Assembly (NCBI GenBank): GCA_043811375.1
Contig: JBDRNJ010000006.1
Span: 54,296-118,295 of the forward strand
Direction of reading: 5' to 3'
Source of the DNA: a bacterium
GTDB taxonomy: Bacteria; Zixibacteria; MSB-5A5; GN15; FEB-12
Length of the DNA: 64,000 bases
This document shows positions 18,972-28,974 of this stretch, piece after piece. The notes beneath the pieces were generated by a model, which was given only the letters and a program-made list of their open reading frames with translations, searched no databases and was not told the origin of the DNA. Position 1 is the first letter of the stretch; every line of letters starts with the position of its first letter. The position numbers and the translations under genes were made by a program.

Positions 18972-21109
18972 CGCTCTTCAATCGGTAAGTAGATCGTAAA
19001 CGTGGTGCCCTCGCCCTCGGTTGACTCTACCTTGAGGGTGCCGGCGTGGGCCGAGATGATCCGTTCCACCACCGCCAGCCCCAGGCCGGTGCCGGTTTTC
19101 TTGCTGGTGTAATAACGATCGAAAACCTTGGACAGGTTCTCTTTTTTTATGCCGACGCCGGTGTCGCTGATACGCAGGGCCAGGTAATCGTTCTTCTTGT
19201 GCTCCGGCCGTTCGATCAAACCGCGCACCGTCAGTTTGCCGCCGTCGGGCATAGCGTCGATAGCGTTGATAAACAGGTTCAGCAGCGTTTCCAGTACCTG
19301 GTTCTTATTGATGATAACATCCCAGTTGGCTTCGTCGAAAGAGGCCCCAAACTCGATGCCGTGTTTGTGCATATCCGGTTCGACCAGTTCGGCGGCGCGG
19401 GTGACCTTCCGCCGGAGATCGACCCGTTCCGTCTGGTACTTGTTGGGGTTGGAGAAATCGACCAGTTCCCGCACCAGTTCGTTCATGCGGTAAACTTCGC
19501 TTTCGGCCGTTTGCAGCAGTTCGGATTGTTTGATCTCCGGCCAGCGCTGCGTGAGAATATGCAGGCTGCCCTTGATGGAGGTCAGCGGTTTGCGCAGGTC
19601 GTGCGAAATTTCAGAAATCATATTGCCCATCGTCAGCAGGCGAGTAGCGTTCAGCAACGCCCTTTCTTTTTCGGACAACAGCGCCGCCTGTGAGATAACC
19701 AGCCGCGCCAGGGAGATATCATCATCGGTGTAGGTCTGCTCACTGTCGGCGCCGAAGTAGAACACGCCCACCGGTTCGTCAAAACGCATTATCGGTATGG
19801 CCATACAGGCCGGTCCGGGTTGCGGGAATTGCTGGTTGTGCGAAAGTTGCTCTGCCATAATCGTTGACAGCCCGGGGATATCATTCAGGTTCAGTCGTCT
19901 CAGATCGATCGGCTCCAGCGTGATGCTGTCCCGGTTTATTCGACGCAGATCAATGCCGCCACTGTCGGTCAGCGGCATATCCGTAGCGCCGGAGGCACTG
20001 CCGGGCAGCAGTGTCTTGCTGTTGCTGTCCCAGTTGAACCAGATCGCGTAGTCGATGGGGAAGACCCGGCGCAGTTTGTCTACCAGGATGCGCCGGAACT
20101 CGTTCATCGACTGGATATCCGGCAATTCCGCCGAAATCTCATGCAGAATCTCAAATTCAACCAGGCGTCGTCGATTCTTCTCAAACTGGTGAGCATCGTC
20201 AACAGCTACCGTGGCCTGGGATGCGAATGTCGTCAGCAACCGCAGATCGTTATTGGTGAAGGATTCTTCTCCCTGCTTATTGGCCATGTTGATAACGCCG
20301 ATCACTTTGTTTTTGATCGTCAGCGGGGCGCACAGCAGGGAAGCCGAGTGGTATTTCTCGCGATTGATTCTCCGGAAACGCTCATCGGATTCGATGTTCT
20401 CGATAACCAGCGGTCGGCCGGTCCGGGCAACATAGCCGGCGATCGATTCTCCCACCGGCAGACGCGTCTGGTCGATGATCGCCTGGTCCAGTCCGATAGC
20501 GGCTTCGATAGTCAGGTATTGTCGGCGCTCATCAAGCAGCATGATGGAGCCGATCTGCGCTTCGGTAACCGATGATGCCAGCGCCACAATCTGTCTCAGC
20601 AGGTCCTTGAGATTGGCTGTCGAACCGATCGACTTGCCGGCTTCGTACAGGGCGTTCAGTTCTCCGATGCGTCGATGCAGAATCAGGTTCGACAGCTTCA
20701 ATTCCTCCATCAACTGCAGTCGCTCCAGGTCGGAACGGCGTTTCTGAAGAGCCCTCTGGACAGCCAGTTCCAGATGCGTAAACTCCACCGGTTTCATAAG
20801 GTAGTCGTAGGCTCCGCGTTCCACCGCTTTCACCGCTGTGTCCAGAGAGGCGTAACCGGTCATCAGGATAACCGGGATATCTTCGTCGACCTCCTTGACG
20901 ATTTTGAGGATTGCCAACCCGTCCATTTCCGGCATCTTGATATCGGTGATAACCAGGTCGACCTTTTCGTTGCGGATGACGTCCGCTGCTGCAATCGGGT
21001 TCTGATAAGACTGGACCAGGTAACCGTCATCACGCAGTAACGTCGCCAGCGAGTCGCACATCCGCTCCTCGTCGTCAATGATAATGATTTTCTCGTTTTT
21101 CTTACTCAT
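18968..21109 (-). CDS. Hybrid sensor kinase (REC-GAF-GAF-HisKA-HATPase)
   Basis: N-terminal REC (IIIIDDE, DIKMP, KPV), GAF domains, SHDLRKPL, DTGVGI, GTGLGL. Confidence 0.92.
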   Translation of the reverse strand: MSKKNEKIIIIDDEERMCDSLATLLRDDGYLVQSYQNPIAAADVIRNEKVDLVITDIKMPEMDGLAILKIVKEVDEDIPVILMTGYASLDTAVKAVERGAYDYLMKPVEFTHLELAVQRALQKRRSDLERLQLMEELKLSNLILHRRIGELNALYEAGKSIGSTANLKDLLRQIVALASSVTEAQIGSIMLLDERRQYLTIEAAIGLDQAIIDQTRLPVGESIAGYVARTGRPLVIENIESDERFRRINREKYHSASLLCAPLTIKNKVIGVINMANKQGEESFTNNDLRLLTTFASQATVAVDDAHQFEKNRRRLVEFEILHEISAELPDIQSMNEFRRILVDKLRRVFPIDYAIWFNWDSNSKTLLPGSASGATDMPLTDSGGIDLRRINRDSITLEPIDLRRLNLNDIPGLSTIMAEQLSHNQQFPQPGPACMAIPIMRFDEPVGVFYFGADSEQTYTDDDISLARLVISQAALLSEKERALLNATRLLTMGNMISEISHDLRKPLTSIKGSLHILTQRWPEIKQSELLQTAESEVYRMNELVRELVDFSNPNKYQTERVDLRRKVTRAAELVEPDMHKHGIEFGASFDEANWDVIINKNQVLETLLNLFINAIDAMPDGGKLTVRGLIERPEHKKNDYLALRISDTGVGIKKENLSKVFDRYYTSKKTGTGLGLAVVERIISAHAGTLKVESTEGEGTTFTIYLPIEER

Positions 21110-22457
21110 AACTCTGTTTCTGGCTGTGGAGGGGCAGGAAAATCTCAAAACAACCGCCGCGGTCGGTGTTGTGAAATAATATCGATCCTTTATGTCTCCG
21201 GATGATGCCGTAGCAGACGGATAAACCCAGTCCCGTTCCTTCACTGGACTTCTTGGTTGTGAAAAACGGCTCGAAGATATGAGGAATCAGTTCCACCGAA
21301 ATCCCGGGACCGGTATCGGCAAAACGAACAGAGAGTTGTTCTCCGGCCGTCTGAAGACCGACTTCCAGCGTACCGCCGTCAGGCATGGCGTCGGCGGCAT
21401 TAATGACCAGGTTAATGAGCACCTGTTTGAGGTGTTCGGATGATGCCGGTATCTGCGGCAGCCCATCGTCGATTTGGCGCACGACGGCAATCCCGCTTTT
21501 TTCCAGTTTCTGCGACATCAGCGTCAGGACCTCTTCAACAACCGTCGCCATATCAGTAGGTTCCAGTGACAGACCGTCGGGGCGGTGGAACTGCATGAGT
21601 TCTTTGACAATTCGGGCTATCCGCGAGATTTCCTGGCTGACGACGTCGGTGTAGTTGCGAGCCTCGACATTTTCCCGCAAAGACCTCCGGATCAGCAGCA
21701 GGTAGTTCTTGATGATCCCCAGCGGGTTGTTGATTTCGTGGGCTACCTTGGCCGACATTTCACCGAGGGCTGCCAGACGCTCGGAATCGAGTAATTGTTG
21801 CTGAGCAGCGCGCAGTTGAGCCGTGGCTGTTTTTTCGGCATCATAGAGTCGGGCATTATCAATTGCCACCGCAATCTGATTTCCCAGGATCGACAGAAAC
21901 TCAACGTCGTCGAGGTTAAACGGACGCCCCGATATCTTGTCTGAAACCAGCAGCAGTCCGCTCAGGCGGGCCTGATTAATCAGCGGCACCACCAGTCCCG
22001 GTTGAAAGATTTTAAGAATTTTCTGTTCGTTGCCGCCGGTCAGATCACCTGACAGTTCCCCGGTGGCAACCGGTCGGTTTAGCCGTGTCAGATAATCCAG
22101 GAGCCTGGATCCGGTTTTGAAATGCAGGGCCGGACCCGGCATGGCGCCCGACCCTTTGCCCCTGGCCATTACGAAGCTATCGGACTGTCCGTCCTCCTTA
22201 AGGAAAACGGCACCCTTGGCGGCGCCGACCTGGGCCAGACAGGTCAGGACAAAAGAGTCCAGCAGCGTCTGATAGTTAAGAACCGAATTGAAGTTACGGC
22301 TGATTTCAAAGATCGTGTAAAGATCGAATATCTTGCGTTTCAGTTGGCGGTTGGTTTCGGTCAGTTTGGTGAGGTGACGTTCGGACGCCTCGGGTTCCGG
22401 TAAGGCTGGGGGAGTCCTGGAGGTCGATCCCGACTTAGTTTTTTTTCTGTCGTTCAT
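21102..22457 (-). CDS. GAF-domain sensor histidine kinase
   Basis: GAF, AHEINNPL, NLVINA, DTGPGI, EPFFTTK, GTGLGL. Confidence 0.92.
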   Translation of the reverse strand: MNDRKKTKSGSTSRTPPALPEPEASERHLTKLTETNRQLKRKIFDLYTIFEISRNFNSVLNYQTLLDSFVLTCLAQVGAAKGAVFLKEDGQSDSFVMARGKGSGAMPGPALHFKTGSRLLDYLTRLNRPVATGELSGDLTGGNEQKILKIFQPGLVVPLINQARLSGLLLVSDKISGRPFNLDDVEFLSILGNQIAVAIDNARLYDAEKTATAQLRAAQQQLLDSERLAALGEMSAKVAHEINNPLGIIKNYLLLIRRSLRENVEARNYTDVVSQEISRIARIVKELMQFHRPDGLSLEPTDMATVVEEVLTLMSQKLEKSGIAVVRQIDDGLPQIPASSEHLKQVLINLVINAADAMPDGGTLEVGLQTAGEQLSVRFADTGPGISVELIPHIFEPFFTTKKSSEGTGLGLSVCYGIIRRHKGSILFHNTDRGGCFEIFLPLHSQKQSYE

Positions 22458-23731
22458 CCAAGCCTGTATTTCTCGAAGAATTCACCTACCAAAAAATGAG
22501 AACCGGTTACAGTGATAATATCGTCACCGGAACAGGTTTTCAAAAGCCGCCGGTAAGCTGTTCCCAGTGAGCCACAGCGTCGGGTTGGAACTGAGCGCCA
22601 ATTAATGCCGGTAAAGAGTTCTTTTGTATTTGCCGAGCGGCTTGTTCTGAGCGGCACCACCAGAAACTCTGCTGCGATTTCCGAAAGCAAATCAAACATC
22701 GCCTGATGTTCCTTGCGTTTGACAAAGCCGGTGATGATATGGGTTTTGCGTCCGGGGAACCGGGACCGGAAGGCTTCCACAAAAGCAACCACGCCGCCGG
22801 TATTGTGGCAGACATCTAACACCAGAAACGGTCGGCCGCGTTTCTTGACGACCTGAAACCGGCCCGGCCACCGGGTCCGCATCAGGCCCTCGGGCACGGC
22901 CGCAACCGGCACCGGCAGGCCATCATTGTTCAGAATGGAAATCGCCTTGAGCACCAGTGCCGAGTTTCTCAACTGGTGCAGACCGTAGAGGCCGGGGGTA
23001 AGCTGTCTTAAGGTCAGGCCGTTGTGTTGAAAATCCAGTTGCATAGTAGTCTTGTGGATACTGAAATCATTCTTATTGAGACGAAAATACGGCGCCCCGC
23101 GTTGGCGGCATTGAGCACGTACTACATCCCGGGCCTCGCGCGGCAGCAGTCCGATCAGATGCGGTACTGATTGCTTGATAATGCCGGCCTTCTCCCGGGC
23201 GATCTTTTCAAGAGTTGAACCGAGTATTTCCATGTGGTCGCGGCTGATGTCGGTAGTGACGGTCAACACCGGTAGCAACACATTGGTGGCGTCAAGACGA
23301 CCTCCCAACCCGGTTTCGATCACCGCCACCTCAACTTCGGTGTGACGGAAATGACACAACGCCAGCGCCGTAACTACCTCGAAAAACGACAGTTTTCTGC
23401 GGACCAACTCAGACCGGTGGCGATCTATAAAAGCCGCCACTGATGGTCGGGGTATCTTACGACCGCGAACCCGTATCCGTTCCCGCAGGTCACACAGGTG
23501 AGGTGAGGTAAACAAGCCGGTCTTGTAGCCGGCCGTGCGCAGAATCGCCTCCAGCATTGCCGCCACCGATCCCTTGCCGTTGGTGCCGGCGATATGGATG
23601 GTCCGGTAGCTGTTCTGGGGTGAGCCGATCGAGTCCAGAAAGGCGGAGATATTCTCCAGCCCCAGCTTCATGCCGAAAAATTCCCGCGAGAGAATGAATT
23701 TCTCAGCCGAAACATAGGAATGCTTCGGCAT
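22454..23731 (-). CDS. folC: Folylpolyglutamate synthase / dihydrofolate synthase
   Basis: IHIAGTNGKGS, FTSPHL, ETGLGGRLDATN, WPGRF. Confidence 0.96.
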   Translation of the reverse strand: MPKHSYVSAEKFILSREFFGMKLGLENISAFLDSIGSPQNSYRTIHIAGTNGKGSVAAMLEAILRTAGYKTGLFTSPHLCDLRERIRVRGRKIPRPSVAAFIDRHRSELVRRKLSFFEVVTALALCHFRHTEVEVAVIETGLGGRLDATNVLLPVLTVTTDISRDHMEILGSTLEKIAREKAGIIKQSVPHLIGLLPREARDVVRAQCRQRGAPYFRLNKNDFSIHKTTMQLDFQHNGLTLRQLTPGLYGLHQLRNSALVLKAISILNNDGLPVPVAAVPEGLMRTRWPGRFQVVKKRGRPFLVLDVCHNTGGVVAFVEAFRSRFPGRKTHIITGFVKRKEHQAMFDLLSEIAAEFLVVPLRTSRSANTKELFTGINWRSVPTRRCGSLGTAYRRLLKTCSGDDIITVTGSHFLVGEFFEKYRLG

Positions 23732-24573
23732 TACTTTCTCCGCATGAACTTCAGCAAGCTGACAACAGTATTACGGAGATCCTGGCGCTCCACCACCTTG
23801 TCCAGGAATCCTTTTTCCAGGAAGAACTCCGAAGACTGAAAGCCCTCGGGCAACTTTTGACCGATTGTTTGCTGTATGACTCGCGGTCCGGCAAAACCGA
23901 GCAGCGCTTTCGGTTCGGCCAATATGACATCACCCAGCGAGGCATAGGAAGCCATTACGCCGGCAGTTGTGGGGTTGGTTAAAATCGAGATATACGGTAG
24001 TCGCTTATCATCCAGCCTGGCCAGCAGCGCCGACGTTTTGGCCATCTGCATCAGCGACAGAATCCCTTCCTGCATTCGGGCGCCGCCTGAACAGGAAACG
24101 ATAACCAGCGGTACTTCGTGCTTGATGGCTCGCTCTATAGCCCGAGCAATCTTTTCACCAACTACCGAACCCATCGATCCCCCGATGAATTGGAAGTTCA
24201 TGATAGCAAAGGATACCGGCATACCTGCAATTTCTGCCATGCCGGCCACAACGCCTTCAATAGTGCCGGTTTTTTGCTGAGCTGCCTTGATTCGATCAGG
24301 GTACTTTTTGGAATCTTTGAACTTAAGCGGATCCTTGGAAGCCAGTTTGATATCATACTCTTCCAGTTGACCGTCATCCAGCAGCAGATCAATGTACTTG
24401 CGAGTTGAAATACGGAAATGATACCGGCAGTTGGGGCAGACCCACAACAACTCTTCCATCTTTTTGCTGTAGACGATTTCGCCGCAGGAGGGGCACTTGG
24501 TCCACAGGCCCTCCGGTATATTTCTCTTCTCCTGTGTCGCCGGGCCGGATTTTGCCTTCCTAAACCACGCCAT
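23731..24573 (-). CDS. accD: Acetyl-CoA carboxylase carboxyltransferase beta subunit
   Basis: LWTKCPSC zinc finger, GGSMGSVVGEK, SGGARMQEG, GFAGPRVI. Confidence 0.97.
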   Translation of the reverse strand: MAWFRKAKSGPATQEKRNIPEGLWTKCPSCGEIVYSKKMEELLWVCPNCRYHFRISTRKYIDLLLDDGQLEEYDIKLASKDPLKFKDSKKYPDRIKAAQQKTGTIEGVVAGMAEIAGMPVSFAIMNFQFIGGSMGSVVGEKIARAIERAIKHEVPLVIVSCSGGARMQEGILSLMQMAKTSALLARLDDKRLPYISILTNPTTAGVMASYASLGDVILAEPKALLGFAGPRVIQQTIGQKLPEGFQSSEFFLEKGFLDKVVERQDLRNTVVSLLKFMRRK

Positions 24574-24575
24574 GT

Positions 24576-25064
24576 CTACCGAATTTCCTCGCTCTGTTCT
24601 ACCTGGCGCACCAGCACCAGCGCGTCTTCGACCGGATCATTATACCACTGTCGCCGACGGTACCGATAGATAAAACCAAATCGCTGATAGAATGCGCAAG
24701 CTGCGACATTGCCGGGACGCACCTCCAGGAACAATTGGTCGCAGCCACACTCATTCACGATGGATAAGATAGCCTTCAGGAGTTGCGTGGCAACCGATTT
24801 TCTGCGGCTGTCCGGGCTAACGGCAATGTTGGTCAGATGGCCCTGGTTGCCGCTATAACAACAGCAGGCATAACCGATTACGCTGCCGTCCCGGTCTGCC
24901 ACCAGGGCTCGGCAGTCAGCATTATCCAGGTGATCCTGAAAAGCCGAGCCCGGCCAGTGATCAGTGAAAATGCTCAACTCCAGCGACACAATGGCCGGCA
25001 GATCGGCGACTGTCATATCCCTGATTATTACCGCCGATTTATTTTTTCTTTGGTTGTTGTTCAA
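24576..25064 (-). CDS. rimI: Ribosomal protein S18 alanine N-acetyltransferase (start uncertain: TTG 25064 or ATG 25016)
   Basis: HLTNIAVSPDSRRKSVA, LFLEVRPGN, FYQRFGF, EDAL; located after tsaB. Confidence 0.88.
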   Translation of the reverse strand: MNNNQRKNKSAVIIRDMTVADLPAIVSLELSIFTDHWPGSAFQDHLDNADCRALVADRDGSVIGYACCCYSGNQGHLTNIAVSPDSRRKSVATQLLKAILSIVNECGCDQLFLEVRPGNVAACAFYQRFGFIYRYRRRQWYNDPVEDALVLVRQVEQSEEIR

Positions 25065-25713
25065 AGCGCAGCTCCGCGCGAGACTTCTGTACGTACAGCG
25101 GCTCCAGGGCGGCCAGGTCATCATAATCCCCGACCGTCAGCCGGTTTTGGCCCAGGGTGAGCAGATCCGCGGCATCGTACTCAATCAGATCCGTCCGGTC
25201 GACCCTGCCGAGATCAGGCGTGACCCCGACACCCAAAAGGCGATCCTCACCGACAACGGTCGCCAGTTCGGTATAAGCAACAACTCTGATGTCAGCGGCA
25301 TCAAATGATCCCTTGCCAACCGGAGCCAGCAGGCACTCGTCGCGATTCAGTCCGATTACGATCCGGACTTTGTGGTCCTCATCGCGCAACCGATGAGCCG
25401 CCATTTGAAACAAACTGATGCCGACTATTGGAATATCCAGAGCTACCGCCATTCCTTTAGCTGCCGCCAGCCCAATCCTCAGGCCGGTGAACGAACCGGG
25501 GCCGGTGCACACTACCAGAGCCTGAAGGTCATCCGGCTTAAGTCCCCCCGAGAGCATCAGGTCGCCCATTTTCTTGACGATTAGTCGTCCATGCGATCGA
25601 TCCACCCTTTCATTCAATTTAACGATTCTGTCAACGCCGGACGATACCGCCAGTCTCAGGTAGCTGGAAGAAGTATCAATTGCCAGGATATTCTGAAAGC
25701 GATTGTTGCTCAT
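25039..25713 (-). CDS. tsaB: tRNA t6A biosynthesis protein TsaB
   Basis: ILAIDTSS, GPGSFTGLRIG, LEPLY. Confidence 0.95.
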   Translation of the reverse strand: MSNNRFQNILAIDTSSSYLRLAVSSGVDRIVKLNERVDRSHGRLIVKKMGDLMLSGGLKPDDLQALVVCTGPGSFTGLRIGLAAAKGMAVALDIPIVGISLFQMAAHRLRDEDHKVRIVIGLNRDECLLAPVGKGSFDAADIRVVAYTELATVVGEDRLLGVGVTPDLGRVDRTDLIEYDAADLLTLGQNRLTVGDYDDLAALEPLYVQKSRAELRFEQQPKKK

Positions 25714-26144
25714 GGCTGAACCAGGGAAACAGATATTCGGCGCCGATGTTCTCCGACAATAGTGAAACAGATGCGATAATACTCATCCGGTATCAGATCA
25801 CCGGCTTTCTCACCCCACTCGATAACCATCAACCCTTCCCGCTGTAGATAATCATCCCAGCCAAGTTCATACAGTTCGGATGGGTCCGTCAGCCGGTAAA
25901 GATCAAAGTGAAACAGGGGATACCGACCGGGGTATTCATTGACCATCGTAAAGGACGGGGAATGGATCAGTTGTTCATCGATCCCCAGCGCCGACGCCAG
26001 GCCATGCACGAACAAAGTTTTGCCCGAACCCAGATCTCCCGACATGATGACCACGTCCGGTCGGCGCAGGTGCGGTGCCAGCCGGGTGGCCAGCGCCAAA
26101 GTCTGTTTCTCGGAATGAGAGACTATGTCCAGTTCCTGGAGCAC
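25710..26144 (-). CDS. tsaE: tRNA t6A biosynthesis ATPase TsaE
   Basis: GDLGSGKT, SPSFTMVNEY, HFDLYRL, IEWG. Confidence 0.95.
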   Translation of the reverse strand: MLQELDIVSHSEKQTLALATRLAPHLRRPDVVIMSGDLGSGKTLFVHGLASALGIDEQLIHSPSFTMVNEYPGRYPLFHFDLYRLTDPSELYELGWDDYLQREGLMVIEWGEKAGDLIPDEYYRICFTIVGEHRRRISVSLVQP

Positions 26145-26148
26145 TGTT

Positions 26149-27708
26149 CTACCGTGGTGTCAGCACCGCGAGCGGTACCACCATTTCTTCCAGGGAAATA
26201 CCGCCGTGCTGGAATGAATCCTGAAACTGGCGCACCATTTCGTTGTAATTGTTGGGGTAGACGAAGTAGAAGTCTTCCCGGGCAACCAGGAAGGTGGTTG
26301 CCAGCTTAAACGATGGCAGTCGCCAGTCCTGCGGCTTCTTGATCAGGACCGATTCTTTGGGGTCCGAATTCAGGTTATCACCGTACTTGTAGCGCAGGTT
26401 GGTCGATGTCGACCGCTTGCCGTGTGCCATCGTCCCGCGTCGGCACAGCACAGAGCCGTGATCGGAAGTTATGATGACGGTGAAATCCCGGGCGGCGAAC
26501 GATTTCAATAAAGAAAACAACGGCGAGTGTACAAACCAGCTTTTCATAAGAGAACGGAAAGCAGCCTCGGTACCGGCGATTTCTTTGAGGATGACATTGT
26601 TGGAGCGGCCGTGGGCTAGGATATCCAGAAAATTGAATACAAATGTCACCAGTTGGCGGTCAAAAAAATCGGCCGCTCTTTTGACGATGGCTTCACCTTC
26701 AGTATTGTCATTGATTTTGTTATAGCTGAGCTGGTGCGCCAGGCGCACGCCATTGCGAGCCAACTGGTCGGTCAGAAATTTTTCTTCGTGGCGGTTGAGC
26801 GAACCTTCATCCCCGCTGCTGTAGTTCTCGGGATAGGTGCGATGGATCTCATCGGGAAACATACCGGCAAACAGGGCGTTACGGGCAAACGGCGTGGCGC
26901 TGGGCAGTATCGAGAAATAGCAGTCCCTTTCAACGGAGTAGTAGTCTGCCAGCAACGGTTCCACCAGCATCCACTGATCCAGACGCATGCAGTCGACTAC
27001 AATCAGCAGTACCCGCTGTTTCCGCTTCAGGCGGGGGATCACGTATTTATCCAACACGTCGGGCGAGAGCACCGGCCGCTGGTCGTTATGCAGCCAGCCC
27101 TGGTAATTGTTCAGCAGGTACTTGGTGAACTCGGTATTCCACTCGCGACGGGTACCATCGAGAGCCTGTTCCAGACCGACATCAGCCTGCTCGTCCAGTT
27201 CCAGATTCCACCAGGCAATAACCCGGGCGGCCTCATGCCAGTCCTCGGCCGCCATGGCGCCATACAGCTTCTGATTGAAGCGATTAATCTCAGTAATATA
27301 GCGGCGCATCGAGGAACTGCCGATGATCTTGCGGGATTGCAGCAGCCGCTTGATTACCAGCAGTACCTGCGAGGGGTTGACCGGTTTGACGAGGTAATCG
27401 GATATCTTTTGCCCGATAGCTTCGTCCATCAATGTCTCTTCTTCCGACTTGGTGACCATAACCACCGGCAGGTGCGGCCGTTTTTCCTTGATTTCCTCCA
27501 GCGTGGTCAGACCGTCCTTGCCCGGCATCATCTCATCCAGCAGAACCAGGTCGAAGTTCTCTTTGCCAATGAGAACCAGGGCATCGTCACCGGACATGGC
27601 GCCGACAACCTCGAAGCCCTTGTTCTGAAGAAACACGATATGTGATTGCAGAGAGTCTATCTCGTCGTCTACCCACAGGATTCTACTCTTGTCTGACTGA
27701 CCTGCCAT
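26149..27708 (-). CDS. porX: Response regulator with PglZ/alkaline-phosphatase domain (PorX-like)
   Basis: ILWVDDEID, LDEMMPG, DCMRLDQW, ILPSATPFARNA, TSDHGS, FQHGGISLEEM; upstream of tsaE as in Bacteroidota. Confidence 0.85.
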   Translation of the reverse strand: MAGQSDKSRILWVDDEIDSLQSHIVFLQNKGFEVVGAMSGDDALVLIGKENFDLVLLDEMMPGKDGLTTLEEIKEKRPHLPVVMVTKSEEETLMDEAIGQKISDYLVKPVNPSQVLLVIKRLLQSRKIIGSSSMRRYITEINRFNQKLYGAMAAEDWHEAARVIAWWNLELDEQADVGLEQALDGTRREWNTEFTKYLLNNYQGWLHNDQRPVLSPDVLDKYVIPRLKRKQRVLLIVVDCMRLDQWMLVEPLLADYYSVERDCYFSILPSATPFARNALFAGMFPDEIHRTYPENYSSGDEGSLNRHEEKFLTDQLARNGVRLAHQLSYNKINDNTEGEAIVKRAADFFDRQLVTFVFNFLDILAHGRSNNVILKEIAGTEAAFRSLMKSWFVHSPLFSLLKSFAARDFTVIITSDHGSVLCRRGTMAHGKRSTSTNLRYKYGDNLNSDPKESVLIKKPQDWRLPSFKLATTFLVAREDFYFVYPNNYNEMVRQFQDSFQHGGISLEEMVVPLAVLTPR

Positions 27709-27717
27709 TAATGATCC

Positions 27718-28974
27718 TCACTTACCTGTTTGTACCGGCAACTGGATTTCAAAGACTGTTTCATCCGGTCGCGATTTTTTTAGTGATACTCGGCCGAAGT
27801 GCGATTCTTCAATTATACGTTTCACCAGCGTCAACCCCAGGCCCCAGCCGCGCTTTTTGGTAGTGAATCCGGCTCGGAAAATTTTACGCGCCGCGGCCGC
27901 CGAGATTCCCGGTCCGTTATCGCAGACCTCTACCACAGCACATTTTCCCGGTGGTTGCAATGATGTACGGACATTAACCCGGCCTGTCTTGGAATCAACC
28001 GTCTGCAAGGCGTTCTTAATCAGGTTTTCCAGCGCCCAACTCAGCAGTTCGGGATTGAGCGGGACATCCGGTATCTGCCCGGCCTCAAAGTTCAATTTTA
28101 TTCCGCGACCTTCAAACGGCAGCCGGCGTCGATAGTACTCGACCGTTTCCCTTACTACCTGGTTAAGATCACTCGGCTGCAAGTCCGGGACCGAGCCAAT
28201 CTGGCTGAAACGGTTGGCGATTCTCTCCAGCCGATTGATGTCTACTTTCATGTTGCCGGTAACCTCAGTCACCGTCACGGAACTGTCGTCCGTGGGATGT
28301 CCGGACGAGCACTCGCTCACCATTACTTCCGTCCAGCCCATCAACGAGGATATCGGTGTTCCCAACTGGTGGGCCGTCTCCTTGGCCATCCCAACCCAGA
28401 TGTGACGCTCTTCACTGCGGCGTATGTTCTGAAAACCGATCATGGCCACCACCATAAAGGCCACTATTATGCCGATTTCGATAAACGGCATCAGTCGCAA
28501 CTGACGGATCACCCTGGAGTCACCGTAGCAGAAGTAGTTGACATGACTCTCGCCGAACCGTAACGGGAAGCGGCCGTGGGTTTCGGTCATTCGAGCGGCA
28601 GTTTCCCTGAGGTGTTCCAGCGCCTGAACGGACGTATCACCGGCCGGTACACCGTCGATATTGCGCCAATGAATCGGTTCCCCGTCAGTCGCCAGCACAA
28701 TGATGGGAAAATTGGCTTTGACAATTATTTCATCGAATATGAACTGCAGTTCGGTGCCGGAAGTTGGGGAATTGGCTGCCATCTGCCACATGCGCACGTA
28801 CTTCTGAACCTGAGATCGGGTATCCCTTTGCAGTTGACCAATGACATTAAAAGTGTACCAGATAAAAACAGTCGAGATCAGGACCACTCCGCCCAGCAGA
28901 AATGCCTTAAAGACAGTCGATTTGCCGATATAAAGCCGGGACGTGCGGCCGGGGATGGTCGATAGCATGGTCAT
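27718..28974 (-). CDS. Two-TM sensor histidine kinase (probable partner of the PorX-like regulator)
   Basis: WVGMAKETAHQLGTPISSL, ENLIKNA, TTKKRGWGLGL. Confidence 0.9.
   Translation of the reverse strand: MTMLSTIPGRTSRLYIGKSTVFKAFLLGGVVLISTVFIWYTFNVIGQLQRDTRSQVQKYVRMWQMAANSPTSGTELQFIFDEIIVKANFPIIVLATDGEPIHWRNIDGVPAGDTSVQALEHLRETAARMTETHGRFPLRFGESHVNYFCYGDSRVIRQLRLMPFIEIGIIVAFMVVAMIGFQNIRRSEERHIWVGMAKETAHQLGTPISSLMGWTEVMVSECSSGHPTDDSSVTVTEVTGNMKVDINRLERIANRFSQIGSVPDLQPSDLNQVVRETVEYYRRRLPFEGRGIKLNFEAGQIPDVPLNPELLSWALENLIKNALQTVDSKTGRVNVRTSLQPPGKCAVVEVCDNGPGISAAAARKIFRAGFTTKKRGWGLGLTLVKRIIEESHFGRVSLKKSRPDETVFEIQLPVQTGK

Noticed and set aside
26653..27645. Long antisense ORFs (330 aa here; also 2027-2800, 16148-16978, 43698-44513)
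   Set aside because: Shadows of well-supported genes on the opposite strand in GC-rich DNA, with no recognisable motifs
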